From contig CAXXMU010000001.1 of assembly GCA_963667785.2 (NCBI GenBank), forward strand, positions 1,024,001 through 1,088,000: 64,000 nucleotides of DNA, in the 5' to 3' direction. A program made the translations under genes and the position numbers. Below, piece by piece: positions 9,452 through 17,974 of this stretch (the stretch's first letter is position 1; each line of letters opens with the position of its first letter). The notes beneath the pieces were generated by a model. The model was given only the letters and a program-made list of their open reading frames with translations. It was not told the DNA's origin and made no database searches. Origin of the DNA: Alphaproteobacteria bacterium (GTDB lineage: Bacteria > Pseudomonadota > Alphaproteobacteria > UBA828).

Positions 9452-11854
9452 CTAGGGCGGCGCGCCCTCCGGCCCGTGGATCACGGCGGCGATGCGGGCG
9501 GGCGTGAGCGGCAGGTCGGGGATCGCCGCCTCCAGCGCGTCGGCCACGGCATTGGCGAGGCAGACCGGCGTGGTCATGCAGTTGCCCTCGCCCACCCCCT
9601 TGGCGCCGAGCGGCGTCACCGGGCTCGGCACGTCGCGGTGCAGGATCAGCGGATCGGGAACCTCGCAGGCGGTCGGCACCAGATAGTCGGCGAGCGTGCC
9701 GGAGAGGAAGCTGCCGTCGTCTGCGTAGGCGAGCTCCTCGTAGAACGCCGCGCCCACGGCATGGGCGAAGGCGCCGCGGATCTGGCCATCCACCAGCGCC
9801 GGGTTGAGGCGGCGGCCGGCATCGTGGGTGGTGACGTAGCGGTCGATGGCGACGGCGCCGGTGAGGCGGTCCACCTCGACCCCGCAGAAATCGAAGATGA
9901 AGCCGTAGGCTGCCGAGCTGTTGACCCGGTCGTCGTCCGTCGGCGGGGTGAGCGCGGGCGGTGTCCAGCGCGCGGTCTCGCGCAGCGCCGGCGGCACGCC
10001 CTCCGGCAGGCTGCCGGGCGACCAGTGGGCGAGCGCCGCCACCCGGCGGAAATCGAGATCGTTGCCGGGGTTGCCGGCGGCGAAGATGCGGCCCTGCTCG
10101 AAGCGCACCTCCTCCTCCGGGCAGTTGAGCCCCTGGCTCGCGATGCGCGCGAGCCGCTCCCGCACGCGCACCGCCGCCAGGTGGGCCGCGCCGGCGACGG
10201 CGCCCGAGAAGCGGCTCGCATAGTTGCCGGCGGCGATCGACCAGGGGTCCCGCTGGCTGTCGTGCTCGAGCGCGACCGTGACCTGCTCGGGCACGAGGCC
10301 CAGCGCATCCCCCACCACTTGCGCCAGGACCGTGCGGTGTCCCTGCCCCTGGGGCAGCGAGTCGGCGGTCACGCTGACGGCCCCGAGCGGATCCACCGAG
10401 ACCGTGGCGTGGGAGACGGCGCCGTTCTTGGGCCCGGCCCGGCGCCGCTCCTCGGCCGTCAGAACGGTGGTGATGTAGCCCATGTTGGAGATGCTGGGCT
10501 CGACGGCGGCGGCGAAGCCGATGCCGTAGAGCCTGCCGTCGGCCCGTGCCGCGTCGCGCCTCGCGCGGAGATCGTCGAGCGCACCCTCCGCCGCCCCGTA
10601 GTCCGCCGTGGCGGGGAAGTCGCCCGAATCCAGCACGGCGCCGGCGGCGGCGCGATAGGGCATGGCGTCCGCCGGCACCAGGTTGCGCCGGATCACGTCG
10701 AACGGATCGAGGTCGAGGGTCGCGGCGATTCGCTGCATCAGCCGCTCCAGCGCGTAGTAGAGCTGCGGCCCGCCGAAGCCCCGGTTGAGCCCTGTCGGCG
10801 TCTTGTTGGTCAGCACGACGCGGTTGGTCACCGCGAGATGCGCGATGCGATAGGGCCCGGTGAGGTTGCCGTGGTTGCGGTAGAGCGTCGCCGGCTCGGG
10901 CGCACGCAGGTACGCGCCGCAATCCTCGAGCTGGTCGAGACGGAGCGCCGCGATCCGGCCGTCGGCTTCCACCGCGGCCTCGATCCGCGTCACCCGGTTG
11001 GTGGCCGACGTCGCCGCCAGCAGGTGCTCCAGTCGATCCTCGATCCACTTGACCGGGCGCTCCGCCTTCCGCGCCGCGAGCGCCATGGCGACGATGAGCG
11101 GGAAGAGCGCCTGCTTGACCCCGAAGCTGCCGCCGGACTCCGGCACCGAGCGCAACCGGAGCCGCGGCCCCGGCACCTTGAGCGCCCGCGCCATCACCGG
11201 GTGCAGGGTCATCGGCCCCTGGAAGGGGGAGAGCACGTCGTAGACGCCCTCGCCGGGGTCGTAGGCGGCGATCAGCCCCAGGCACTCGATCGGGGTGCAG
11301 GAATTGCGAGGGTAGCGCACGGTGGCCGTGACGGTGTGCGCAGCGTCGGCGAACGCCGCCTCCGGCTCGCCGTAGCGGAACTCCCGCTCGCTGACGAGGT
11401 TGCCGCCCATCCCCTCGTGCAGCACCGGCGCGTCCGGGCCGAGCGTGGCCTCGGGATCGACGATGGCGGGCAGCGGCTCGTAGCGCACGTCGATGAGCGC
11501 CAGCGCGTCCTCGGCCCGGTAACGGTCCTCGGCCACCACGACGGCGACGGGCTCGCCGGCATAGCGCACCCTGTCCGTGGCGACGCACCAGTGCTCCATG
11601 GGCTGGCGCACGCCCACCAGGAAGGGCGTGGACCACGCGCGCGCATCCGCGCCGGTGACCACGGCGTGGACGCCGGGCAGCGCGAGCGCCGCCGCCGCGT
11701 CGATCTCCAGCAGGCGCGCATGGGGGTGCGGCGAGCGCAGGATGGCGGCGTGCCCGGTGCCGGGCGCCGTCGGCATGTCGTCGATGTAGCGGCCGCGGCC
11801 CATCAACAGGCTCGCGTCCTCGACGCGCTCGCGCGCGGTGCCGAGCGTGCTCAC
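9452..11854 (-). CDS. hmfA: Xanthine dehydrogenase family molybdopterin-binding subunit, 2-furoyl-CoA dehydrogenase large subunit HmfA-like
   Basis: RVEDASLLMGRGRYIDD, ILRSPHPHA, SGGSFGVK, TGLNRGFGGPQ, QGQGHRT, GAKGVGEG; followed by FAD, Fe-S, CoA ligase, crotonase genes. Confidence 0.8.
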   Translation of the reverse strand: MSTLGTARERVEDASLLMGRGRYIDDMPTAPGTGHAAILRSPHPHARLLEIDAAAALALPGVHAVVTGADARAWSTPFLVGVRQPMEHWCVATDRVRYAGEPVAVVVAEDRYRAEDALALIDVRYEPLPAIVDPEATLGPDAPVLHEGMGGNLVSEREFRYGEPEAAFADAAHTVTATVRYPRNSCTPIECLGLIAAYDPGEGVYDVLSPFQGPMTLHPVMARALKVPGPRLRLRSVPESGGSFGVKQALFPLIVAMALAARKAERPVKWIEDRLEHLLAATSATNRVTRIEAAVEADGRIAALRLDQLEDCGAYLRAPEPATLYRNHGNLTGPYRIAHLAVTNRVVLTNKTPTGLNRGFGGPQLYYALERLMQRIAATLDLDPFDVIRRNLVPADAMPYRAAAGAVLDSGDFPATADYGAAEGALDDLRARRDAARADGRLYGIGFAAAVEPSISNMGYITTVLTAEERRRAGPKNGAVSHATVSVDPLGAVSVTADSLPQGQGHRTVLAQVVGDALGLVPEQVTVALEHDSQRDPWSIAAGNYASRFSGAVAGAAHLAAVRVRERLARIASQGLNCPEEEVRFEQGRIFAAGNPGNDLDFRRVAALAHWSPGSLPEGVPPALRETARWTPPALTPPTDDDRVNSSAAYGFIFDFCGVEVDRLTGAVAIDRYVTTHDAGRRLNPALVDGQIRGAFAHAVGAAFYEELAYADDGSFLSGTLADYLVPTACEVPDPLILHRDVPSPVTPLGAKGVGEGNCMTTPVCLANAVADALEAAIPDLPLTPARIAAVIHGPEGAPP

Positions 11855-11891
11855 GGGGCGCGTGGCGCCGGCTGCGCCATCGGCGTCAGCC

Positions 11892-13127
11892 TCAGTCCCG
11901 GCCGTCCTGCGCCCAGCCGGGGATCAGGCGGTTGGACGGCAGCGTCTCGTCCGCCGCCTTGCGCGCGGTCTCTGCGCCGGCCACGGGCAGCCCGTCCGCC
12001 TCCAGCAGGCCGACCTGCACCAGCACCGAGGCCTGGTCCCAGTAGATGTGCTCGTGGTGGACCCTGCCGCCGCGGAAGGCGACGATCGCCACCAGCGGCA
12101 CGCTGACCGTCCTGCCCGTGGGCGCGACGCCGGGGAGCATCCAGTCGATCTCCTCGTCGTGGGTGAAGCTGAAGATCAGCTCGTCCACCACGCGGTCCGC
12201 GCCGACGGTGCGGGAGAGGGGGGTGAGCGCCGTGTCCTTCGGCATCTTGGGGATGAAGTGCTCGGCGTAGAAGCGGCTGAGCGCGTCCGCCCCCGTGCCG
12301 CCGGTCATGGTCGGGATGTGGTTGACGTAGGGCTCGGCTACCATGGTCGCCATGGTCGCCGCCGTGTCCCGCCCGGTGAACTCGTGGTGCAGGTGGCCCT
12401 CCCACAGCGACTCAAGGTCGTAGGCCGGGCCGATGGCGCGGCGCAGCAGGGCGATGGTGCGCGAATGCGCGATCATGGCCGACGGCCGGTGGTAGACGTC
12501 GCTCCGCGCGTGGTTGTAGAAGGCGTGATCGACGCCGGGATAGACGTGGATCCTGATCTCCGGCCTCCCGGCGAAGTGGGCCGAGACGGCATCCACGGCG
12601 GCCTGCGGCACGAAGGAATCCTCGCCCGCGAAGTGCATGAGCAGGGGACAGGCGATGCCGCCGGATTCGTCCAGCGCCTCCTCGATGCCGACGCCGTAGA
12701 ACGAGACCGCCGCGTCCACCTCGTGGCGGGCGGCCGTGAGGTAGGCGAGCTTGCCGCCGAGGCAGAAGCCCATGGCGGCGACGGGACCTGAGCATTCCGG
12801 CCGCGCCCTGAGCGCCGCCAGCGCCGCGCCGATGTCGGACACGCCCTGGTCCACGTCGAAGCGCGCGTAGAAGTCCAGGGCCTTGGCGAAATCCTCCTCG
12901 CCGTAGCCGAGATCGACGCCCGGCTCCATCCGCCAGAAGAGATCGGGCACGAGGCAGACGTAGCCTTCCTCGGCGTAGAGGTCGGCGACCGCGCGCAGGC
13001 TCGCATTGACCCCGAAGACCTCCTGCTCGATCAGGAGGCCCGGCCCGCGGCCCTCCTCCGGCACCGCGAGATATCCGCTGAACCCGCCGCCGCCGGCGAC
13101 GGCGATGTCGACCATCGTACCTGCCAT
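11892..13127 (-). CDS. Dienelactone hydrolase fused to C-terminal SnoaL/ester-cyclase-like domain
   Basis: QEVFGVN, GFCLGG (Cys nucleophile), YPGVDHAF; second domain WEGHLHHEF..TMATMV.EPYVNHIPTMTGG..HEHIYWDQASVL. Confidence 0.85.
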   Translation of the reverse strand: MAGTMVDIAVAGGGGFSGYLAVPEEGRGPGLLIEQEVFGVNASLRAVADLYAEEGYVCLVPDLFWRMEPGVDLGYGEEDFAKALDFYARFDVDQGVSDIGAALAALRARPECSGPVAAMGFCLGGKLAYLTAARHEVDAAVSFYGVGIEEALDESGGIACPLLMHFAGEDSFVPQAAVDAVSAHFAGRPEIRIHVYPGVDHAFYNHARSDVYHRPSAMIAHSRTIALLRRAIGPAYDLESLWEGHLHHEFTGRDTAATMATMVAEPYVNHIPTMTGGTGADALSRFYAEHFIPKMPKDTALTPLSRTVGADRVVDELIFSFTHDEEIDWMLPGVAPTGRTVSVPLVAIVAFRGGRVHHEHIYWDQASVLVQVGLLEADGLPVAGAETARKAADETLPSNRLIPGWAQDGRD

Positions 13128-13238
13128 GAATGGCTCCCCGCTCTCGTCCCGCGCGGCCGCTGCCGCCCGGCCATTCTGCGCATCGCCCGCCTGCGCCGCA
13201 ACGCGGGGACGGGGGGCGGATGGCGAGGCGCGCACTGC

Positions 13239-13267
13239 TTGCGGCGTGTAGCGCCTCACGCTACAGT
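13239..13267 (+). promoter_or_regulatory. Putative higBA promoter (TTGCGG-N17-TACAGT) with operator palindrome TGTAGCG-N5-CGCTACA
   Basis: Perfect 7-bp inverted repeat at 13247-13265 overlapping the -10 box; 17-bp spacer. Confidence 0.65.
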
Positions 13268-13273
13268 CGGCGC

Positions 13274-13546
13274 GTGAAGATCAGGCACAAGGGTCTGCGG
13301 GCGTTGCATGAGCGGGACGACCCTGCTCGATTGCCCGCCGCCCTGGTGCCGCGGCTTCGGCGCATACTCTTCCGCCTGCAGGAGGCCGCGCATCCGCTGA
13401 GCGCCGATGCGCCCGGCTTCCCGCTGCATCGGCTGACCGGCGACCGGGCGGGCCAGTGGAGCGTGCGCGTCTCCGGGAACTGGCGGATTGTGTTCCGGTT
13501 CGAGGACGGCGAGGCCGTGGACGTGGACCTTGTGGACTATCACTGA
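13274..13546 (+). CDS. higB: HigB/RelE family toxin (plasmid maintenance killer type)
   Basis: GTG start: KIRHKGLRAL...PGFPLHRLTGDRAGQWSVRVSGNWRIVFRF...VDLVDYH. Confidence 0.88.
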   Translation: MKIRHKGLRALHERDDPARLPAALVPRLRRILFRLQEAAHPLSADAPGFPLHRLTGDRAGQWSVRVSGNWRIVFRFEDGEAVDVDLVDYH

Positions 13547-13565
13547 CCGAGGGGGGGGCGAACCG

Positions 13566-13880
13566 ATGATGGACGACGATGACGACCGTGTCGGCCCGAT
13601 GCGCAATCCGCCGCATCTGGGGGAGCTGATCCGCGAGAGCATGGACGAGGTCGGCTGGTCCGTGACCGGGACGGCGGCGCGTCTCGGCTGCGAGCGTGGA
13701 ACCCTCTCGCGCGTCCTCAATGGCAGGGCCGGCGTCTCGGCGAACATGGCGCTCGCGCTGGAGGACATCGGCTGGGGCACCGCCGAGCACTGGATGCGCA
13801 TGCAGGCGAGCTACGAGCTTGCTCAGGCGCGCCGGGCGCGGGCGAGCGCGGACCATCCGGCCGGCGCCGCCGTCACGTGA
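13566..13880 (+). CDS. higA: HigA family antitoxin (HTH-XRE)
   Basis: MRNPPHLGELIRE, TLSRVLNGRAGVSANMALAL, WMRMQASYEL. Confidence 0.88.
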   Translation: MMDDDDDRVGPMRNPPHLGELIRESMDEVGWSVTGTAARLGCERGTLSRVLNGRAGVSANMALALEDIGWGTAEHWMRMQASYELAQARRARASADHPAGAAVT

Positions 13881-13993
13881 CCATGCAGCACGGAGGCGCG
13901 GCGCAGGTCGGCGGGGTCTTGAGCGGGCGGGCCGGACGGCGTTAGATCGGCGATCGGGCGCGCCGCGCACGGCCCTATCGAGAAGGCACCCCC

Positions 13994-15139
13994 ATGACGC
14001 TCACCGGCACCTGGTCCTATCCCACCGCCATCCGCTTCGGCGCAGGGCGCATCGAGGAGTTGCCTGCCGCCTGCGCCCAGGCCGGCATCGAGAGGCCCCT
14101 CTTCGTCACCGACCGCGGGCTCGCCGCGCTGCCCGTGACCGGGAGCGCCCTCGACATCCTCGAGGCAGGCGGCCTCGGCCGCGCCTGCTTCGCCGAGGTC
14201 GACCCGAACCCGACGGAGCGGAACCTGGATGCCGGCGTCGCGGCCTTTCGCGCCGGGCGCCATGACGGCGTCGTCGCCTTCGGCGGCGGCTCGGCGCTCG
14301 ATCTCGGCAAGATGATCGCCTTCATGGCCGGCCAGACCCGGCCGGTCTGGGACTTCGAGGACGTGGGCGACTGGTGGACCCGGGCCGATGCGGACGCGAT
14401 CGCGCCCACCGTCGCCGTCCCCACCACCGCCGGCACCGGCTCCGAGGTCGGCCGCGCCAGCGTCATCACCAACTCCGAGACCCGGGTGAAGAAGATCATC
14501 TTCCACCCGAAGGTGCTGCCGGTGGTGGTGATCGCCGATCCAGCCCTCACCGTCGGCATGCCGAAGCCGATCACCGCCGGCACGGGCATGGACGCCTTCG
14601 CCCACTGCCTGGAGGCCTACTGCTCGCCCTTCTACCACCCCATGGGCCAGGGCATCGCGCTGGAGGGGATGCGCCTCGTGCACGAGAACCTCTGCCGCGC
14701 CTACGCCGACGGCGGCGACCTGGAGGCGCGCGCGCACATGATGGCGGCCGCCTCCATGGGGGCGACGGCGTTCCAGAAGGGTTTGGGGGCGATCCACGCC
14801 CTGAGCCACCCGGTGGGCGCGGTCTTCGACACCCACCACGGCACCACCAACGCCTGCGTCATGCCCTACGTGCTCGACATGAACCGCCCTGCGGTGGCCG
14901 AACGCCTGGCGCAGGCCGCCGCCTATCTCGGGATCGAGGGCGGCTACGCGGGCTTCCACGACCGCGTGCTGGAGCTGCGCGAGACGCTCGGCATCCCGAA
15001 GACGCTGGGCGCCATGGGGGTGAGCGCCGACCGCCTCGACGACCTCGCCGCCATGGCGCTGGAGGACCCCACGGCGGGCGGGAACCCGGTGCCCATGACG
15101 GCGGAGAACACGCGGGCGCTGCTGGAGGCGTGCTTCTAG
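13994..15139 (+). CDS. Iron-containing alcohol dehydrogenase
   Basis: YPTAIRFGAG, FGGGSALD, VPTTAGTGSE, GMDAFAHCLEAY, GLGAIHALSH, HHG. Confidence 0.9.
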   Translation: MTLTGTWSYPTAIRFGAGRIEELPAACAQAGIERPLFVTDRGLAALPVTGSALDILEAGGLGRACFAEVDPNPTERNLDAGVAAFRAGRHDGVVAFGGGSALDLGKMIAFMAGQTRPVWDFEDVGDWWTRADADAIAPTVAVPTTAGTGSEVGRASVITNSETRVKKIIFHPKVLPVVVIADPALTVGMPKPITAGTGMDAFAHCLEAYCSPFYHPMGQGIALEGMRLVHENLCRAYADGGDLEARAHMMAAASMGATAFQKGLGAIHALSHPVGAVFDTHHGTTNACVMPYVLDMNRPAVAERLAQAAAYLGIEGGYAGFHDRVLELRETLGIPKTLGAMGVSADRLDDLAAMALEDPTAGGNPVPMTAENTRALLEACF

Positions 15140-15151
15140 GCCCTCGTTTTC

Positions 15152-15598
15152 CTACGACGGGCCGGCACGCGCCGCGGCTTGCGCGACGGGCAGGATGCAA
15201 TCGGCCAGATAGGGGTGGCCGCGGACCCTGTCGTGGAAGCGGACGTCCGCGGTCACCACCGGGTACTGCGTCTGGATGGCAAGCGCGAGGTAGAAGCAGT
15301 CGTAGGCCGGATGGTCGAGGTCGGTCGCGAGCCGCGCGGCGGCAGGCGCAAGGAGTGCCATGGAGACGGGCACCGATAGTGGCGCCGCCTGCAGGGTATG
15401 CACCGCATCGGCCAGATCGTCGGCGTCGATGTCGCCGCGCCTGTGCATCGCCCACAACGCGTTGGTTGCCTCGGCGAAGACAAGCGCCGGCGCGACGAGG
15501 GTCGATCCGCCGTCCAGCAGACCGGCCGCGTCGTCGGAATGGGTCTCGCTCACCAGCCACTTCACGGCGACGCTGGCATCGACGACGTAGCCGGTCAT
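15152..15598 (-). CDS. vapC: VapC family PIN-domain toxin
   Basis: YVVDASVAVKW, E.TNALW, HPAYDCFYLALA, VVTAD. Confidence 0.88.
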   Translation of the reverse strand: MTGYVVDASVAVKWLVSETHSDDAAGLLDGGSTLVAPALVFAEATNALWAMHRRGDIDADDLADAVHTLQAAPLSVPVSMALLAPAAARLATDLDHPAYDCFYLALAIQTQYPVVTADVRFHDRVRGHPYLADCILPVAQAAARAGPS

Positions 15599-15831
15599 GC
15601 GCGACGATCCCGGTCGCGGTCCGCCCGGATGATGTCGGTGCTGTCCAGCGAGGAGCGTAGCCGTCGCCGCAAGGCCTTGGCCTGCACCGCGAAATTCGCG
15701 TCAGGCTCGAGCAGCGCAGCACGCAGGAGCTCTCGGTGCTCGGCCTCCGCAGAGCGGCCGTTGGCGGCGGCCCGGCGCTTCAGTGCGCCCACCACCTCGT
15801 TGCTGACGTTTCGGACCGTGAGTTGCGCCAT
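15595..15831 (-). CDS. FitA-like ribbon-helix-helix antitoxin
   Basis: MAQLTVRNV....V.ALKRRAAANGRSAEAEHRELL; ATGA overlap with vapC. Confidence 0.85.
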   Translation of the reverse strand: MAQLTVRNVSNEVVGALKRRAAANGRSAEAEHRELLRAALLEPDANFAVQAKALRRRLRSSLDSTDIIRADRDRDRRA

Positions 15832-15837
15832 GACGTC

Positions 15838-15868
15838 TGCCTGCAATGGTGTGCCTTCAATGCAGGCA
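15838..15868 (-). promoter_or_regulatory. Putative antitoxin operator (TGCCTTCA-A-TGCAGGCA palindrome plus a TGCCTGCAATG copy)
   Basis: Imperfect palindrome 15852-15868 and near-direct repeat at 15838-15848 just upstream of the antitoxin start. Confidence 0.5.
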
Positions 15869-15929
15869 TCCTTGTAACCGGGTCGCGCCCGTTTGCCAAG
15901 GCCTGCGCCCCGCCGTTACCCTGCCGCCG

Positions 15930-16931
15930 ATGCCGGCGGCACCGCAGAAGAAGAACACGGCCAGCGGCGGCCCGTCGGCGAGAAGCGCGGGCGCGGACGC
16001 CGGCGAGGGTGGCGGAAAGCTGCGCGGGCGCGCGCTCATCGTGCCGACCCTGCTCCTCCTCCTCGGCGGCATCTCCTACGGCGGCATCTTCTCGGCCAAC
16101 AAGCTCGCCGCCGGCGCCTCCTTCCCGGTCTTCGCCTACACCTTCTGGATCGCCCTCTTCGCCGGGCTGGCGCTGCTGATCGTGTGTGCGATCCGCGGCA
16201 CGCTGCCGCCGCTCAGCCGCGCACACGTGCTGCAGTATCTCCGTCTTGCCCTGCTCGCGGTGATGCTGCCGGTGCTGGCGACCGCCATCGCCGCCCGCGA
16301 GCTGCCGGCCGGGGTCATTACCCTGGTGCTCACGCTGGTGCCGGGGCTCACTTACCTGATGTCCTTCGCCGCGAGGCTGGAGCGTTTCGAGGCGCTGAGC
16401 CTCGCGGGCCTCGCGCTCGGCGCGGGCGGCGTGCTGCTGATCGTGCTGCCGGAGCAGAGCCTGCCGGAGGCCGGCGCCTGGGTGTGGATGCTGGTGGCGC
16501 TGGTGGCGGCGGTCGCGGCCGCGGGCTCCAACGTGGTCGCTGCCGCCTACCGCCCGCCGCGCTCGCACTCGCTCGCGCTCGCCTGCGGCATCCTGCTCGC
16601 CGCCGCCGTCGTGATGCTGCCGGTGATGCTGGTGGCGGACGGCCCCTATCTCTTCGCCGACGCAGGCTGGCGCGGCATCGCCGGCATGGCCTGGGCCGCG
16701 GCCATCCACTGCGTCACCTTCTATTGCTTCCAGGAGGTGACGCGGCGTGCCGGCGCGGTCTTCTTCGCGCAGTTCAACTATCTCGTGGTCGCCGCCGGCA
16801 TCTTCTGGGCGCTGCTGATCTTCGACGAGACGCTGGGCCTCTGGGTGTGGGCGGCGCTGGCCTGCATGGTGGTCGGGCTCTTTCTCGTCAATACGGGGCA
16901 GCGGCGCCGTGCCGTTGCCGCCGCATCGTGA
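15930..16931 (+). CDS. DMT/EamA family transporter
   Basis: About ten hydrophobic segments in two EamA-like repeats, AGAVFFAQFNYLVVAAGIFWALLIFDE; start uncertain. Confidence 0.8.
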   Translation: MPAAPQKKNTASGGPSARSAGADAGEGGGKLRGRALIVPTLLLLLGGISYGGIFSANKLAAGASFPVFAYTFWIALFAGLALLIVCAIRGTLPPLSRAHVLQYLRLALLAVMLPVLATAIAARELPAGVITLVLTLVPGLTYLMSFAARLERFEALSLAGLALGAGGVLLIVLPEQSLPEAGAWVWMLVALVAAVAAAGSNVVAAAYRPPRSHSLALACGILLAAAVVMLPVMLVADGPYLFADAGWRGIAGMAWAAAIHCVTFYCFQEVTRRAGAVFFAQFNYLVVAAGIFWALLIFDETLGLWVWAALACMVVGLFLVNTGQRRRAVAAAS

Positions 16932-17017
16932 GCGGCCCCGGGCGACCGGCGCGGCCCGGCGCAGCGGCGGCGGCGCCTGCTACAATCTGCGGCCCTTGAT
17001 CATTGCGGAGGCAAGCC

Positions 17018-17974
17018 GTGCGCGCGATCTTCTTCGACTGTCCCACCTTCCTGGCCGATCTCTACGACGACGAGCTCCGGGCTATCGTCCCCGACCTGGC
17101 GGTGACCATCGACGACGTGCCGGGCGACGACGTGGCGGCCTACGTCGGCGACGCGGTCGGCGTGATCAACGACCACACCTATCTCTCGGAGGAGATTCTC
17201 GCCGCCTGCCGGGCGCTGAAGGTGATCGTCTTCATGGGCACCGGCGCCTCCAGCTATATCGACGTGGCGGCCGCCGAGCGGCTCGGCATCGAGGTGCGCA
17301 CCATCAAGGGCTACGGCGACCGCACGGTGGCCGAGCATGCGCTCGCGCTGATGTTCGATTGCGGCCGCCAGACCGCGCGGATGGACCGCGCTCTCCGCGC
17401 CGGCACCTGGCACACGCTGGACAGCGTGGAGTTCGCGGGCAAGACCCTCGGCGTGGTCGGCACCGGCGGCGTCGGCCGCGAGATGGTGCGGCTGGGCCAC
17501 GGGCTCGGCATGAACGTCATCGCCTGGAACCGCAGCGGCGTGCCGGCGGATCTCCCCTGCGCCGCGGCGGAGACCCTGGATGCGCTGCTCGCAGACGCCC
17601 ACGTGGTCTCGCTCCATCTCGGCCTCAACGACGAGACCGAGGGCATGATCGACGCGCGCCGGCTCGCCCTGATGCGGCCCGGCGCGATGCTCGTCAACAC
17701 CGCGCGCGGCGCGGTCGTCAACGAGGCGGCTCTGGTGGAGGCGCTCGGCGAGGGCAGGCTCCGCGCCGCCGGGCTCGACGTCTTCGCCGACGAGCCCATC
17801 GGCGCCGATCATCCCCTGGCGGCCCTGGAGAACGTCACGCTCACGCCCCATGCCGCGTTCATGACCGCCGAGGCGTCATACCGCCTGCTGCGCATGGCGC
17901 TGGAGCAGATGCGGGATGCGCTGGAGGGGCTCGGCCTGCCGGCGCCTGACGGGGACGCGGGCGCCGGCCCGTGA
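17018..17974 (+). CDS. D-isomer-specific 2-hydroxyacid dehydrogenase
   Basis: TVAEHALALM, GKTLGVVGTGGVG, LVNTARGAVV, AGLDVFADEP, LTPHAA; GGAGG RBS before GTG. Confidence 0.88.
   Translation: MRAIFFDCPTFLADLYDDELRAIVPDLAVTIDDVPGDDVAAYVGDAVGVINDHTYLSEEILAACRALKVIVFMGTGASSYIDVAAAERLGIEVRTIKGYGDRTVAEHALALMFDCGRQTARMDRALRAGTWHTLDSVEFAGKTLGVVGTGGVGREMVRLGHGLGMNVIAWNRSGVPADLPCAAAETLDALLADAHVVSLHLGLNDETEGMIDARRLALMRPGAMLVNTARGAVVNEAALVEALGEGRLRAAGLDVFADEPIGADHPLAALENVTLTPHAAFMTAEASYRLLRMALEQMRDALEGLGLPAPDGDAGAGP

Noticed and set aside
7535-11854. Aerobic CO dehydrogenase (coxLMS)
   Set aside because: Large subunit has GLNRGFGG rather than the AYxCSFR/AYxGAGR CODH loop, and context (CoA ligase, crotonase) fits an acyl-CoA hydroxylase.
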